Source of the DNA: an uncultured bacterium
Lineage (GTDB): Bacteria; Omnitrophota; Omnitrophia; Omnitrophales; Aquincolibacteriaceae
Reading direction: 5' to 3'
NCBI GenBank assembly: GCA_964445745.1
Contig: CAYULU010000003.1
Span: forward strand, 2,456 to 66,455
DNA length: 64,000 nt
Shown here piece by piece: positions 1 to 8,833 of the stretch. The notes below the pieces were generated by a model. That model saw only the letters and a program-made list of their open reading frames with translations, searched no databases and was not told where the DNA came from. Both the position numbers and the translations under genes were made by a program. Numbering within the stretch: position 1 is the first letter of the stretch; the number at the start of each line of letters is the position of its first letter.

Positions 1-529
1 GAACTTTTATGTTTTCGTGATCACAATACGTAATCATCGTGTGGCCGCCGGAAACAAGAAGTCCGATGAATCTTTTCGGAGCCGGCCTTTCAAAAAAGTT
101 TGAAACAAGATGCGCTTCCATATGATTCACTCCCACAAGAGGAATCTCCAGTTCATAGGCAATCGCTTTAGCAAATGAAACTCCGACAAAAAGTGATCCG
201 ATAAGCCCAGGCCCCCGGGTCACCGAGATCAAATCAAGATCCGAAGCTTCTATCTTTGCTTCTTCCAGAGCCTCATGGAAGACGCACTGGATTTGCTCCA
301 TTGAATGCCGGGATGCAATTTCAGGTACGACTCCCCCAAATTTTTTATGACGAAAAAGACTTGAGGAAATAATATTGGAAAGAATTTTAGTGCCGTTTTT
401 TATTACCGCACACGAGGTTTCATCACACGATGTCTCTACGCCAAGCGTGTAGAGGGGCAAACGGGAAACAGGGGACGGGCTACATTTCTTCTTTTTCTTT
501 CTACGTGCTACTTTCCCCGAACTTTTCAT
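1..529 (-). CDS. tsaD: tRNA N6-adenosine threonylcarbamoyltransferase TsaD, N-terminal part (gene continues beyond window start)
   Basis: Own translation of the minus strand (absent from the ORF track because it runs off the edge): ...LYTLGVETSCDETSCAVIKNGTKILSNIISS...KFGGVVPEIASRH...LVSGGHTMI, the TsaD/Kae1 signature blocks. ATG at 529 adds a 23-aa basic leader; TTG at 460 is an alternative start. Confidence 0.85.
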   Translation of the reverse strand, partial: MKSSGKVARRKKKKKCSPSPVSRLPLYTLGVETSCDETSCAVIKNGTKILSNIISSSLFRHKKFGGVVPEIASRHSMEQIQCVFHEALEEAKIEASDLDLISVTRGPGLIGSLFVGVSFAKAIAYELEIPLVGVNHMEAHLVSNFFERPAPKRFIGLLVSGGHTMITYCDHENIKV

Positions 530-550
530 TCTACGTTCCGTGCTTTCCCG

Positions 551-2029
551 TTATCCGAGCTTGCGCCGAAGTATTTCGTTCGTAAGCTGGGGGTTCGCCT
601 TACCCTGTGTTTCTTTCATCACAAAACCCACGATCGCCCCAATCGCTTTTTGCTTCCCCGCTTTAAACTCTTCCACAGCCCTAGGATTTGCGGCAATCGC
701 TTTCTCCACTGCTTTTTCAATAAGCCGGGTATCGGAGACCTGAACAAGTCCTTTTTCTTTTACGATTGTTTCGGCATCTTTCCCGGCCTCAAACATCATC
801 CCAAGAACATCTTTGGCCATTTTTCCCGAAAGTGTCCCATCTTCAATCAGCTTAAGTAGCCCGGCAAAATTTCCTGGCGGTACCGGACAACTTTCAATCA
901 CGAGATTTTTTATATTCAGAACCGCAAGCAGTTCCGTAAGAATCCAGTTACTTGAAGTCTTGGCCGCCGCCCCGGCTTTGACCACATCTTCAAAATATTC
1001 GGAAAGTTTTTTATCTTCCACAAGCGTGTAGGCATCGTACTCTGAAAGACCGTAATCCGCCATAAAACGCTTAGCGCGATCCAGAGGAAGTTCCGGTAAG
1101 GTCTTTCGGATCGCCTCCACGGTTTCGCGCGCCAAAGTAAACGGTACGAGATCCGGATCCGGGAAATAGCGATAATCATGCGCATCTTCTTTGGAACGCA
1201 TCGAATAGGTCATGCCTTTCGGGTCATCCCAGAGCCGTGTTTCTTGTACAATACTCTCCCCATCCTCAAGTGCCCGAGTCTGTCGCTCAATTTCATATTG
1301 AATAGCATACTCAACCATCTTGAATGAATTCAGATTCTTGATCTCAACTTTGGTGCCAAACTTCTCTTGGCCTACGGGACGCACCGATACGTTCGCGTCA
1401 CATCTCAAACTTCCTTTTTCCATATCACAGTCACTCACTTCCGCGTACTGCAAAATCGTTTTGAGCGCCTTAAGATAATCATAAGCTTCCTGGGGTGACC
1501 GAATATCAGGCTCCGAAACAATTTCAAGAAGGGGCACACCGCCGCGATTGTAATCAACCAAACTACCATCCGCGATCCCTTCATGAATCAGTTTTCCCGC
1601 ATCTTCTTCAAGGTGCGCGCGGGTGATCCCGATCCTTCTGGTCACAAACTGATCCGGGGTAGCTCCGTTTTCGCTTGCAAAACCTGTCTCATTGTCAATT
1701 TTTGTTTCAATATCCACATAACCCCGCCCGTTCACGGGCATATCATATTGCGAGATCTGATAGGCCTTCGGAAGATCAGGATAGAAATAATTTTTTCGAT
1801 CGAATTTAAGCCTCTCAGCCACTTGACACTGGAGCGCAAGACCTGCCCTGATCGCAAGTTTCAACGCTTCTTCATTCACCACAGGAAGCGATCCCGGCCA
1901 CCCCAGACACACCGGGCATGTGTTTCTGTTCCCTTCTTCTCCGAAAGTGGTAGGACACGAGCAGAAGAGTTTACTTTTTGTTTTTAACTGAACATGGACT
2001 TCAAGTCCAATCACTGGTTCAAAATTCAT
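551..2029 (-). CDS. gatB: Asp-tRNA(Asn)/Glu-tRNA(Gln) amidotransferase subunit B
   Basis: 492-aa ORF with N-terminus MNFEPVIGLEVHVQLKTKSKLFCSC and PVCLGWPGSLPV, typical of GatB; full length. Confidence 0.93.
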   Translation of the reverse strand: MNFEPVIGLEVHVQLKTKSKLFCSCPTTFGEEGNRNTCPVCLGWPGSLPVVNEEALKLAIRAGLALQCQVAERLKFDRKNYFYPDLPKAYQISQYDMPVNGRGYVDIETKIDNETGFASENGATPDQFVTRRIGITRAHLEEDAGKLIHEGIADGSLVDYNRGGVPLLEIVSEPDIRSPQEAYDYLKALKTILQYAEVSDCDMEKGSLRCDANVSVRPVGQEKFGTKVEIKNLNSFKMVEYAIQYEIERQTRALEDGESIVQETRLWDDPKGMTYSMRSKEDAHDYRYFPDPDLVPFTLARETVEAIRKTLPELPLDRAKRFMADYGLSEYDAYTLVEDKKLSEYFEDVVKAGAAAKTSSNWILTELLAVLNIKNLVIESCPVPPGNFAGLLKLIEDGTLSGKMAKDVLGMMFEAGKDAETIVKEKGLVQVSDTRLIEKAVEKAIAANPRAVEEFKAGKQKAIGAIVGFVMKETQGKANPQLTNEILRRKLG

Positions 2030-2101
2030 TTTATCTTCACTACCTCGTTCTATTTCCAGCCATCATATCTCTTTTTTTCACCAACACAGATGATACCTCA
2101 C

Positions 2102-2124
2102 AAAAAACCGCGAAACAGGTTCCT
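2102..2124 (-). terminator. Weak candidate intrinsic terminator after the 2131..2844 gene
   Basis: Minus strand: AGGAACC-tgtttcgc-GGTTTTTTG directly after the stop. The stem relies on G-U pairs. Confidence 0.3.
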
Positions 2125-2130
2125 AAAAAA

Positions 2131-2844
2131 CTATGAATTGGATTTAAGCGCCACATAAAAATAGGGGGAACTCGAACAATTCATGGCCCCATACACTTTA
2201 AAGCCCGTATCTGTCAGCTGTATTCTGTTGTTATCATAACTACTTTGATAAATCTTTTTGGCATACGATCCCGACATCGTATTTGTTTTAACGCGGTCTC
2301 TGCTACAGTCGCCGCCCCCAGCATAGCCTGTGATGTACACAAAATCCGGTTTAAACCCCACATCTATCGTTTTCCATAAGCTTGTATCACTTCCGGAGTA
2401 ACTCCCCATTTTGCACTGCAAATTACCACCTCCACCTATTAAATCTTTCCACTCCCCATTCTCATAGGCCCGGAATTTATTGGTGTTTGAGTTGTAATAA
2501 ATCATCCCATTGACGCCCGTAGCAGGATCGCCCGCAGTGCTCTTCCGAGGAACAATAATGGTACTGCCGTTCCCGACAATGTCCAGTTTGGCAGCCGGAA
2601 CAGATGTCCCGATTCCAACATTGTTCGCATCCGTCACAACCAACCCCATCCCGGAACTGCCACCAGCCTCAAGCGCAATCGTTTCATTAGATGCATCCGG
2701 ACCAGTAGCCTTAAGTTGCTTATAATCCCCGTACGGCGCAGGATAATAAGTCGTAAGAGTAAATTTCTTTTCATTCTCCGCATAAACCGGGGACGTTACC
2801 CCGCTCAACAGTAACACAATAATTAGAAAGTTCTTGATATGCAT
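2131..2844 (-). CDS. Secreted hypothetical protein with YYPAPYG box and tail-fibre-like motifs
   Basis: 237-aa ORF. Sec-type signal peptide MHIKNFLIIVLLLSGVTSPVYA/ENE and a strong SD (AGGAGGTGAGGG) before the ATG. Motifs: TTYYPAPYGDY, NVGIGTSVPAAKLDIVG, GMIYYNSNTNKFRAYENGEWKDL. No enzyme signature. Confidence 0.6.
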   Translation of the reverse strand: MHIKNFLIIVLLLSGVTSPVYAENEKKFTLTTYYPAPYGDYKQLKATGPDASNETIALEAGGSSGMGLVVTDANNVGIGTSVPAAKLDIVGNGSTIIVPRKSTAGDPATGVNGMIYYNSNTNKFRAYENGEWKDLIGGGGNLQCKMGSYSGSDTSLWKTIDVGFKPDFVYITGYAGGGDCSRDRVKTNTMSGSYAKKIYQSSYDNNRIQLTDTGFKVYGAMNCSSSPYFYVALKSNS

Positions 2845-3003
2845 CCCTCACCTCCTGTCGACCCTGTTTAGGAACAAATATTTTGCTAAATCACAGAACT
2901 ATTTTTATAACCCCTTCATGCAACAACTTCTGCCATATTCAGATTACTGATACCCACCGAAAATACCTGAAGATCATCTTCGACCCTACAAGATACACAA
3001 AAA

Positions 3004-3966
3004 CTACCGAGACAATGCTTCAGGACGGTTCAGGAACCAGGTAACCGTTTTTTGCAATCCTTCGTCAAAAAGGACTGTGGGACGGTATCCCATCCGTTTT
3101 TTCGCTTTTGTGATATTCGCCAAAGTTCGGCGCACATCTCCGGAGCGCTTGGGACAAAACTTGACCTTCAGCGTTTTAACTCCCATGCATTTCCGGAGCG
3201 CTTGGACAATTTCCAGGATGCTTTTCTCCTCGTGGCACCCGATGTTGAATGATTCTCCCTTGGCCAGGGGATGATCCATGGCAATTAGGTTCGCGTTCAC
3301 AACATTGTCGATGTAAACAAAATCACGGGACTGTCGGCCGTCCCAGTGAACCATGACGGGGTTCCCCAGCTTGATTTGACGGATAAAAATCGGGATAACA
3401 TTGGAGTACTGTGATTTTGGATCCTGACGCGGACCAAAAACGTTAAAATAGCGGAGCGCCACCGTTTCAAGACCATAAAGCGCGGAAAAGTTGCGACAAT
3501 AATATTCTCCCATCATTTTGGAGGCCGCATAAGGAGATTCCGGCATCGGCCGTTCCTGTTCAGAAGTAGGAAAGTTTTTCGTCTCTCCGTAAATCGCCGA
3601 AGAAGAAGTAAAAACAACCCGTCTTACTTTGGCGTCACGCGCTGCAAGCAGAACATTCAGGGTACCCCTGACATTCACTTCGTGAGTTTCCTCCGGATCC
3701 TCGCAGGATTGAGGCACCGATGCAATCGCGGCCAAGTGGAAAACATAATCCACGCCCTTCATTATTTTTTTGACCGTTTTAGGGCATCGGATGTCACCCC
3801 GAACTAGGTCGATGGAACGGATCGAATCACTCAGGTTTTCCACCTTACCTCGTGAAAAATTATCCAGGATGCGAACCCGGTATCCTTTCCGGAGAAGGGC
3901 ATCCATAATATGGGAACCGATAAATCCGGCGCCACCCGTCACAAGGCAAACCCGCTTTTTCTTCAT
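3004..3966 (-). CDS. NAD-dependent nucleotide-sugar epimerase/dehydratase (extended SDR, UDP-glucose 4-epimerase-like)
   Basis: 320-aa ORF with Rossmann motif VTGGAGFIGSH and catalytic YAASK (Yx3K). Length and layout fit GalE/WbpP-type enzymes; substrate cannot be assigned. Confidence 0.85.
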   Translation of the reverse strand: MKKKRVCLVTGGAGFIGSHIMDALLRKGYRVRILDNFSRGKVENLSDSIRSIDLVRGDIRCPKTVKKIMKGVDYVFHLAAIASVPQSCEDPEETHEVNVRGTLNVLLAARDAKVRRVVFTSSSAIYGETKNFPTSEQERPMPESPYAASKMMGEYYCRNFSALYGLETVALRYFNVFGPRQDPKSQYSNVIPIFIRQIKLGNPVMVHWDGRQSRDFVYIDNVVNANLIAMDHPLAKGESFNIGCHEEKSILEIVQALRKCMGVKTLKVKFCPKRSGDVRRTLANITKAKKRMGYRPTVLFDEGLQKTVTWFLNRPEALSR

Positions 3967-4018
3967 CTTTTAACTCTTCTTCAGATCGAAATAAATTGGT
4001 AGATAGGTTGGTAGAACA

Positions 4019-4042
4019 GAAAAAAGGCGATTGAGCGCCAGG
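4019..4042 (-). terminator. Candidate intrinsic terminator after the 4055..5293 gene
   Basis: Minus strand: GGCG-ctcaat-CGCC followed by TTTTTCTG. Short GC stem plus T-tract. Confidence 0.45.
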
Positions 4043-4054
4043 CTCCCTCTAACA

Positions 4055-5293
4055 TCATACTGTCGCAGTATTGCTATCTGATGCATTTAAAAAAAGGCAC
4101 ATCCGGCGTACCTTAATTCCGTTAACAAGGAGCAAACCACTCAACTTTGGCATAACAATTCCAGCATTCCATATTTCAGCAGAATTCTTTTTAAGCTTGG
4201 CTTTATAGCCACCGACCTTCTCGATCAGCTTCTTGCCCAATGGTGAATCCGTCAGATAATCATATCCGCAAATCAGAAGCACGCTGTCCTTTTTCTCCAG
4301 CAAAAGCCCTTCCGGCACCATATCAATTGAAACTGCATCGTTCATCCCCGCCATTCCGTCGGCCGCCATTTGCATTTCGTGAAGAAATTTTCGAGCCGGG
4401 ACATCTTCGGTTAATTCAGCCGCCCGGTCAGCCAGCATCTTATACCCCCGAAGGGACGCCAACCTTTCGAGATAAAAACGAAGATAGGTGGCTTGACGGG
4501 GCGTGTAATGAGTGTTGTTCAAAAGCGCAATGGACTTGTTTTCGGGAATGCCGATTCTCACGAGAGAATCCTTATTGATCTTGTAAAGATCAATCCGGTC
4601 TTTATCATTGACTAACTGGTCCGCGGTGTTATTGATATTGCTGACGGTCATCACGGCAGAAGCAATCAATCCGAACGGTATAAAAAAATTCGCAACCATC
4701 ACCACACCCCGCCCACCCATTTCCTGTTTGGCTAATGAGGAAAGTTTTTCCTGGAGTTGTTCATTTCGCGAGTAAACATCGACCCCAAGTTTTTGGGCAA
4801 TCTGGCGTTTGGTGGAGCTTAGGAAACTATCCCCTTTTTCTCCCTCTTCTTTCGTACGAAACGCATCGCCAACCTTGTCCCCAACCCTTCCCGCGGCAGT
4901 GCCAAGTCCTTTCGCAGAATTAACGGGGTGAAGGACTAAATTTTTAAGCCCCCTGCCAGTCCCCTTGACGGATTCAATCGCACCATCCGCCACACCACTG
5001 GCCGTGTCCTTATGCTCATCAAGTTGTCCGATAACTGCCGATTCATGAATCCATTTTTTTAAATCCAACAAACCTTCCACCTGGATTTTAACTGTATTGT
5101 TGGAAACTGAAAAAATGAGAAAACCTGGATTGTAGGGATCTTCACGCGTCGAGTTCACTTTGTGGTAGCGTGAGCTTTCAGCAAACTGCGTGGCGGGCAG
5201 ATTGAGATCGCTCCATGGGATCTCTGCGCGAGCAATATTCGGAAGACTAAAAATAAGACACAGGGAAAGGACGGCAATTCGTTTTACAATCAT
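4055..5293 (-). CDS. Hypothetical exported/membrane protein
   Basis: 412-aa ORF. Signal peptide MIVKRIAVLSLCLIFSLPNIARA/EIP, Gly-rich segment GTGRGLKN...GLGTAAGRVGDKVGD, and one central hydrophobic helix VVMVANFFIPFGLIASAVMTV. I recognise no family. Confidence 0.55.
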   Translation of the reverse strand: MIVKRIAVLSLCLIFSLPNIARAEIPWSDLNLPATQFAESSRYHKVNSTREDPYNPGFLIFSVSNNTVKIQVEGLLDLKKWIHESAVIGQLDEHKDTASGVADGAIESVKGTGRGLKNLVLHPVNSAKGLGTAAGRVGDKVGDAFRTKEEGEKGDSFLSSTKRQIAQKLGVDVYSRNEQLQEKLSSLAKQEMGGRGVVMVANFFIPFGLIASAVMTVSNINNTADQLVNDKDRIDLYKINKDSLVRIGIPENKSIALLNNTHYTPRQATYLRFYLERLASLRGYKMLADRAAELTEDVPARKFLHEMQMAADGMAGMNDAVSIDMVPEGLLLEKKDSVLLICGYDYLTDSPLGKKLIEKVGGYKAKLKKNSAEIWNAGIVMPKLSGLLLVNGIKVRRMCLFLNASDSNTATV

Positions 5294-5348
5294 GCTTCAC
5301 CCCATTCGAGTTGATCGACCCTGGAGGCTTTCTGGAAGCATACGGCCG

Positions 5349-5357
5349 ATTTTACCA
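5349..5357 (-). promoter_or_regulatory. Candidate extended -10 promoter for the 4055..5293 gene
   Basis: Minus strand TGGTAAAAT (TGn + TAAAAT) about 55 nt upstream of the ATG. No good -35. Confidence 0.3.
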
Positions 5358-5388
5358 TCTCTGGATTAATTCACACTTGACACTCGCG

Positions 5389-5670
5389 TCACTCTCCCTG
5401 GGCATCAACCAGAGAGACCTCTCTGACAAGATTCAGGGCATTATCATATTTTTTAAGTTTCCTGCCCACCAGCACAACCACACCTCCATCGTCCGCTGCA
5501 ACCATGGAAGGCTGTCCCACGCAACATGCCACCGTTTTCTCGTTACCTCTCTCTTCCCCACCCGTATCCCCCGTAATTCCTGAGAGCTCCGGCCCTTCTA
5601 TCGCCAAAGCAAAAGGCAACAAGCTCAACATGATGATCGCAAGAAAATAGAAGGTTTTTTGCGTAACCAT
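5389..5670 (-). CDS. Small hypothetical secreted protein
   Basis: The ORF-track entry 5389..5700 opens with TTG. The internal ATG at 5670 gives MVTQKTFYFLAIIMLSLLPFALA/IEGPE, a plausible signal peptide. SD is weak, so coding status is uncertain. Confidence 0.35.
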   Translation of the reverse strand: MVTQKTFYFLAIIMLSLLPFALAIEGPELSGITGDTGGEERGNEKTVACCVGQPSMVAADDGGVVVLVGRKLKKYDNALNLVREVSLVDAQGE

Positions 5671-5702
5671 ACCTGCCAAAGAAGTGTGTCGTCTGAACAA
5701 GC

Positions 5703-6710
5703 TTAAGCCTTGCCCGCGGAACCAAGCACCTTCTCGTTTTTGTGTTTATACATCGCAATCAGCGCGTCCCGGGCTGGGCCAAGATATTTACGCGGATCGA
5801 ATTCCGCAGGTTTTTCTCTGAAAACTTTACGAACGGCGGCCGTCATCCAAAGCCGCCCGTCGGAATCAATATTGACCTTGCAAACCGCAGATTGAGCGGC
5901 CTGCCGGAGTTGCTCCTCAGGGATACCGATAGAATCCTTCAGTGCGCCACCGTTATCATTGATGATTTTCACCGCCTCCTGAGGAACGGACGAAGACCCG
6001 TGAAGCACTATCGGGAAACCAGGAATTTTCTGCTCAATTTCCTTCAGGATATCAAATCGGAGCGGGGGCGGAATAAGAATCCCTTCCGCATTCCTCGTAC
6101 ACTGTGCCGGCTTAAACTTATTGGCACCGTGTGAAGTCCCGATCGAAATCGCAAGGGAGTCCACGCCGGTTTCCTTGACAAATTTGACCACATCATTCGG
6201 GTCCGTATAAGTTGAGTGCTCGGCACTCACTTCATCTTCAATCCCGGCCAAGACACCCAGTTCCCCCTCCACCGTCACATCATACTTGTGAGCCAACTCA
6301 ACCACCTGTCGGGTCAACTCAATATTTTTCTCAAATGAATGGTGGGATCCGTCAATCATGACCGAAGAAAAACCAGATTCAATGCAAGACTTGGCAAGTT
6401 CAAACGTGTCCCCATGGTCCAGATGAAGGGCCATCGGGATAGGCTTAAGGCCCTTTTCTTTGGCGTAAGCCTTCATCATCTCCACCGCCCCTTTCCCCAT
6501 GTATTCAAGGAGCGTTTGATTGGCATACTTTCGCGCACCGCTTGAAACCTGAAGAATCACGGGAGATTGTGTCTCGACGCATGCCATCACGATGGCCTGG
6601 ATTTGCTCCATGTTGTTGAAGTTATAAGCCGGGATGGCGTACCCACCCTTCATGGCGTTGGCAAACATCTCGCGCGTATTAACAAAACCAAGCTCTTTGT
6701 AAGTAACCAT
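5703..6710 (-). CDS. fba: Fructose-1,6-bisphosphate aldolase, class II
   Basis: 335-aa ORF with IPAYNFNNMEQ, LHLDHG, TSHGANKF and LHGSSSVP, the class II FBA metal-binding and active-site blocks. Confidence 0.9.
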   Translation of the reverse strand: MVTYKELGFVNTREMFANAMKGGYAIPAYNFNNMEQIQAIVMACVETQSPVILQVSSGARKYANQTLLEYMGKGAVEMMKAYAKEKGLKPIPMALHLDHGDTFELAKSCIESGFSSVMIDGSHHSFEKNIELTRQVVELAHKYDVTVEGELGVLAGIEDEVSAEHSTYTDPNDVVKFVKETGVDSLAISIGTSHGANKFKPAQCTRNAEGILIPPPLRFDILKEIEQKIPGFPIVLHGSSSVPQEAVKIINDNGGALKDSIGIPEEQLRQAAQSAVCKVNIDSDGRLWMTAAVRKVFREKPAEFDPRKYLGPARDALIAMYKHKNEKVLGSAGKA

Positions 6711-6753
6711 TTCATGACTCCTTTTTTAATTTGAAATTTCAGATTTTGGAAAA

Positions 6754-7341
6754 TCAGTAATTCTCGATCCAGATTTCGAAATGTCCCTTCGGGTGATCGC
6801 ACACCGGGCAACGCTCTGGTGCTCTTGAGGCTTCCACAATATAGCCGCATTCCAGACATTTCCAGAACACCTTGCCGTCCTTGACAAAAAGTTTATGCTG
6901 TTCCAAAGCATCATGAAGTTTCCGGTAGCGAGTCTCGTGGCGCTTTTCAACCATCGATACATGCTTGAACGTGCGGGCCACTTCCGGGAACCCTTCTTGA
7001 TCCGCTGTTTCCGCAAACGCGGGGTAAAGATCCGACCATTCTTCCTTTTCCCCGTTTGCGGCAGCTTCAAGATTCTTAAGAGTATCCGCAAATGCAATCG
7101 GATACGACGCGCGAATTTCCTGCATTGCGTCCTGCAAGCCACCCGCCAGAAGATGCTTATAAAACAATTTCGCGTGTTCTTTTTCGTTGTCCGCAGTCTC
7201 CATAAAAATATTGGAAATCTGCCGGTATCCCTCCTTCATGGCCGTGGAAGCATAATAGGTGTAACGCATCCGTGCCTGGGATTCACCAGCGAAAGATTTC
7301 ATAAGATTTTCCGAGGTTCGTGTCCCTTTCAGGTCTTTCAT
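6754..7341 (-). CDS. rbr: Rubrerythrin
   Basis: 195-aa ORF. Four-helix ferritin-like part ([28 protein letters not shown]) plus a C-terminal rubredoxin-type CLECG...CPVCDHPK. Confidence 0.9.
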   Translation of the reverse strand: MKDLKGTRTSENLMKSFAGESQARMRYTYYASTAMKEGYRQISNIFMETADNEKEHAKLFYKHLLAGGLQDAMQEIRASYPIAFADTLKNLEAAANGEKEEWSDLYPAFAETADQEGFPEVARTFKHVSMVEKRHETRYRKLHDALEQHKLFVKDGKVFWKCLECGYIVEASRAPERCPVCDHPKGHFEIWIENY

Positions 7342-7419
7342 AGAATTTCTCTCCTAGTTGCATTATGTTAACGGGAAATGAACGAAAGATTCAGACGTTG
7401 AATTGAGTAAAGCGAGAGG

Positions 7420-7447
7420 ATTATATCAAACCTCTTTCAAATGTAAA
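7420..7447 (-). promoter_or_regulatory. Sigma-70-type promoter of rubrerythrin
   Basis: Minus strand TTTACA-16 nt-TATAAT, about 80 nt upstream of the rbr ATG. Confidence 0.55.
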
Positions 7448-7518
7448 CCATCGATGACTGGATCCCAGAGGCCCAAAACTATCTCGTCATGCTTGGGGGA
7501 AATTGGGAGAACGGATGA

Positions 7519-8682
7519 TCAGGAGCTTCCGACCTCATACTTTCCGTCAGGCCGCCGGTGAATTTTTCCATCAAGTTCCAGCTTTAAGAGCGTTCCGGGT
7601 AGCTCCCCCGGATCAAGCCCCGTGATATCAAGAATTTCATCCGTCATTAAACTTCCTTCTTCGTTCAGCGCCTCAATCACGCAATTTGAATTCTCCCCTG
7701 CCGGCAAGAGAGGCGTTTCCCTTTCAGGATTTTGAGGTTTAGGCAGAAAGTCTTTCTCATCCACAATCCTCTTGAATGAACAAACAACGGATGCACTCGA
7801 AACAGGGGCAGACACCTCGGTTGAAAAAACTTTCCACCTTCCTGAAAGGGCCTCGAAAACCTCTTCCGGGCTCTCCACGAGAGCGGCACCTTCCTTGATC
7901 AACTGATGGGTTCCACGCGAGGTTAATTGATCCACAGGCCCCGGGATCGAAAACACTTCTCGCCCCTGATCCAGCGCTTCATGGGCTGTAATCAGAGAAC
8001 CGCTCCGCGAGTGGGCCTCCACTACAAGGACTCCATGACTGAGACCGGAAATAATCCGGTTGCGTCTGGGAAAGTTTTCTGCAAGGGGCGGCGTCCCGAT
8101 CGCATATTCACTTATCAGAACGCCTTTTCGGGCAATCTGCTCAAACAATTTCACATGTTCTTTAGGATAAACAATGTCGATCCCGCAACCCAGTACTGCG
8201 ATCGTCCTCCCATACGGTACATCCAGGGCAGCTTCATGCGCCGCCTGATCAATGCCGCGCGCCAACCCCGAAACGATCGTGATACCTTTAGAGGCTAACT
8301 CCCCTGAAAACCTTTTAGCCTGTGTCCGGCCATAAAAACTCGGGTGACGGGTTCCAACGATCGCTAAGGCATTCTCATCATTGAACTCAAATCTCCCTTT
8401 CATGTAAAGGACCAGGGGCGGATCAGCAATTTCTTTAAGCGAGACCGGATAAGCGTCCTCAAGAATTGCACAAAGTGAAACCCCCTTCTGCCAGCATAAG
8501 GAAAGTTCTTTTTGCGGATCGAAAGTAATGTGCCCGACAGCACTCTGGGAATCCAGCAACTCGACCACCCGGCCCGGGCAATGCCCTTCCGCAAAAAGAT
8601 TTCGCGCCCGGCGGCGATCTTCAATACCAAGACGGTTTAGAAGGAGCAAGGCCATCCAGTCTTTTTCAGAAAGCGAATTCAT
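7519..8682 (-). CDS. dprA: DNA processing/protecting protein DprA
   Basis: IVSGLARGIDQAAHEAAL, GCGIDIVYPKEH and SGSLITA blocks of DprA/Smf. The ORF-track start at 8730 is a TTG; the first ATG (MNSLSEKDW...) is at 8682. Confidence 0.85.
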   Translation of the reverse strand: MNSLSEKDWMALLLLNRLGIEDRRRARNLFAEGHCPGRVVELLDSQSAVGHITFDPQKELSLCWQKGVSLCAILEDAYPVSLKEIADPPLVLYMKGRFEFNDENALAIVGTRHPSFYGRTQAKRFSGELASKGITIVSGLARGIDQAAHEAALDVPYGRTIAVLGCGIDIVYPKEHVKLFEQIARKGVLISEYAIGTPPLAENFPRRNRIISGLSHGVLVVEAHSRSGSLITAHEALDQGREVFSIPGPVDQLTSRGTHQLIKEGAALVESPEEVFEALSGRWKVFSTEVSAPVSSASVVCSFKRIVDEKDFLPKPQNPERETPLLPAGENSNCVIEALNEEGSLMTDEILDITGLDPGELPGTLLKLELDGKIHRRPDGKYEVGSS

Positions 8683-8833
8683 AAGCGACCAAGCTTCGAA
8701 GAACGTGTGTTGGAAGCATACATATCGCAAATTTTCATGAGAAGAGGATACGATAAAATTGTTTATAGATCAATATATATTTCATTTTCCATCAATCTTG
8801 TAGCGTATGATCCCCTTGGGGAGGAAAAGGGGG

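Noticed and set aside
5311-5583. 90-aa plus-strand ORF in the fba/hypothetical intergenic area
   Set aside because: It overlaps the better-supported minus-strand signal-peptide ORF and the candidate promoter, and has no SD or motif.
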